A stretch of 64,000 nt of DNA from Octopus sinensis (Eukaryota): assembly GCF_006345805.1 (NCBI RefSeq), contig NC_043010.1, forward strand, positions 67,394,001-67,458,000. The letters run 5' to 3'. The translations under genes were made by a program, and so were the position numbers. Below the pieces are notes generated by a model. It had not been told where the DNA came from. It searched no databases and saw only the letters and a program-made list of their open reading frames with translations. Positions 63,687-64,000 of this stretch are shown here, one piece after another (the first letter of the stretch is position 1; the number at the start of each line of letters is the position of its first letter).

Positions 63687-64000
63687 TGTGTGCGTGCGTG
63701 CGTGTATGTGTGTGTGTGTGTGTGTCGTGTGTATCTGCTTATTGGGAGAACGATCGTTTCGTAGTACAGTATCTCTTTCAACACAGTTTCATATTAAGAA
63801 ACCCGTGAAGCAATACAAGAACGATCTATATACAGTCAATTCCTAAATATAAAGGGCCATTGTGCTCGGTTAAAAAGGGGTCCAAAATGATGTTTATATA
63901 ACGAGTCATGAAGAAGGCCTCCGCCTGCTTGCTCGAGCTACAAAAAATAACTATATATATATATAAATATATCTCCTTTAAATTGTATCCTGCTGATTTG

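Overview
AT-rich, repeat-saturated eukaryotic DNA. The SINE, Penelope-like and RTE families and the dense microsatellites look like a coleoid cephalopod, probably Octopus (recognised from memory, not searched). Almost every ORF in the supplied track is a microsatellite or transposon artefact. Supported content: more than 20 copies of a tRNA-headed SINE, with a strong minus-strand bias; two other SINE families; a degenerate Chapaev3-type transposon with TIRs and TSD; an internally deleted DD37D/maT element; mariner-, hAT- and piggyBac-like MITEs; three non-autonomous Helitrons; RTE/RTEX and CR1-like LINE fragments; and several Penelope-like (PLE) termini, often folded back as long inverted repeats. 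The best observation is a set of hammerhead-ribozyme motifs in the PLE termini. One at 8233-8313 (-) has a fully canonical catalytic core, and three copies of another family reconstruct a minimal palindromic hammerhead. A hand-built, low-confidence multi-exon gene may run on the minus strand from a CpG-richer region near 55.5-58 kb down to about 13.9 kb. It includes a well-bounded 13-nt microexon, and its 5' exons contain in-frame stops. No gene could be named and no true tRNA, rRNA or CRISPR was seen.
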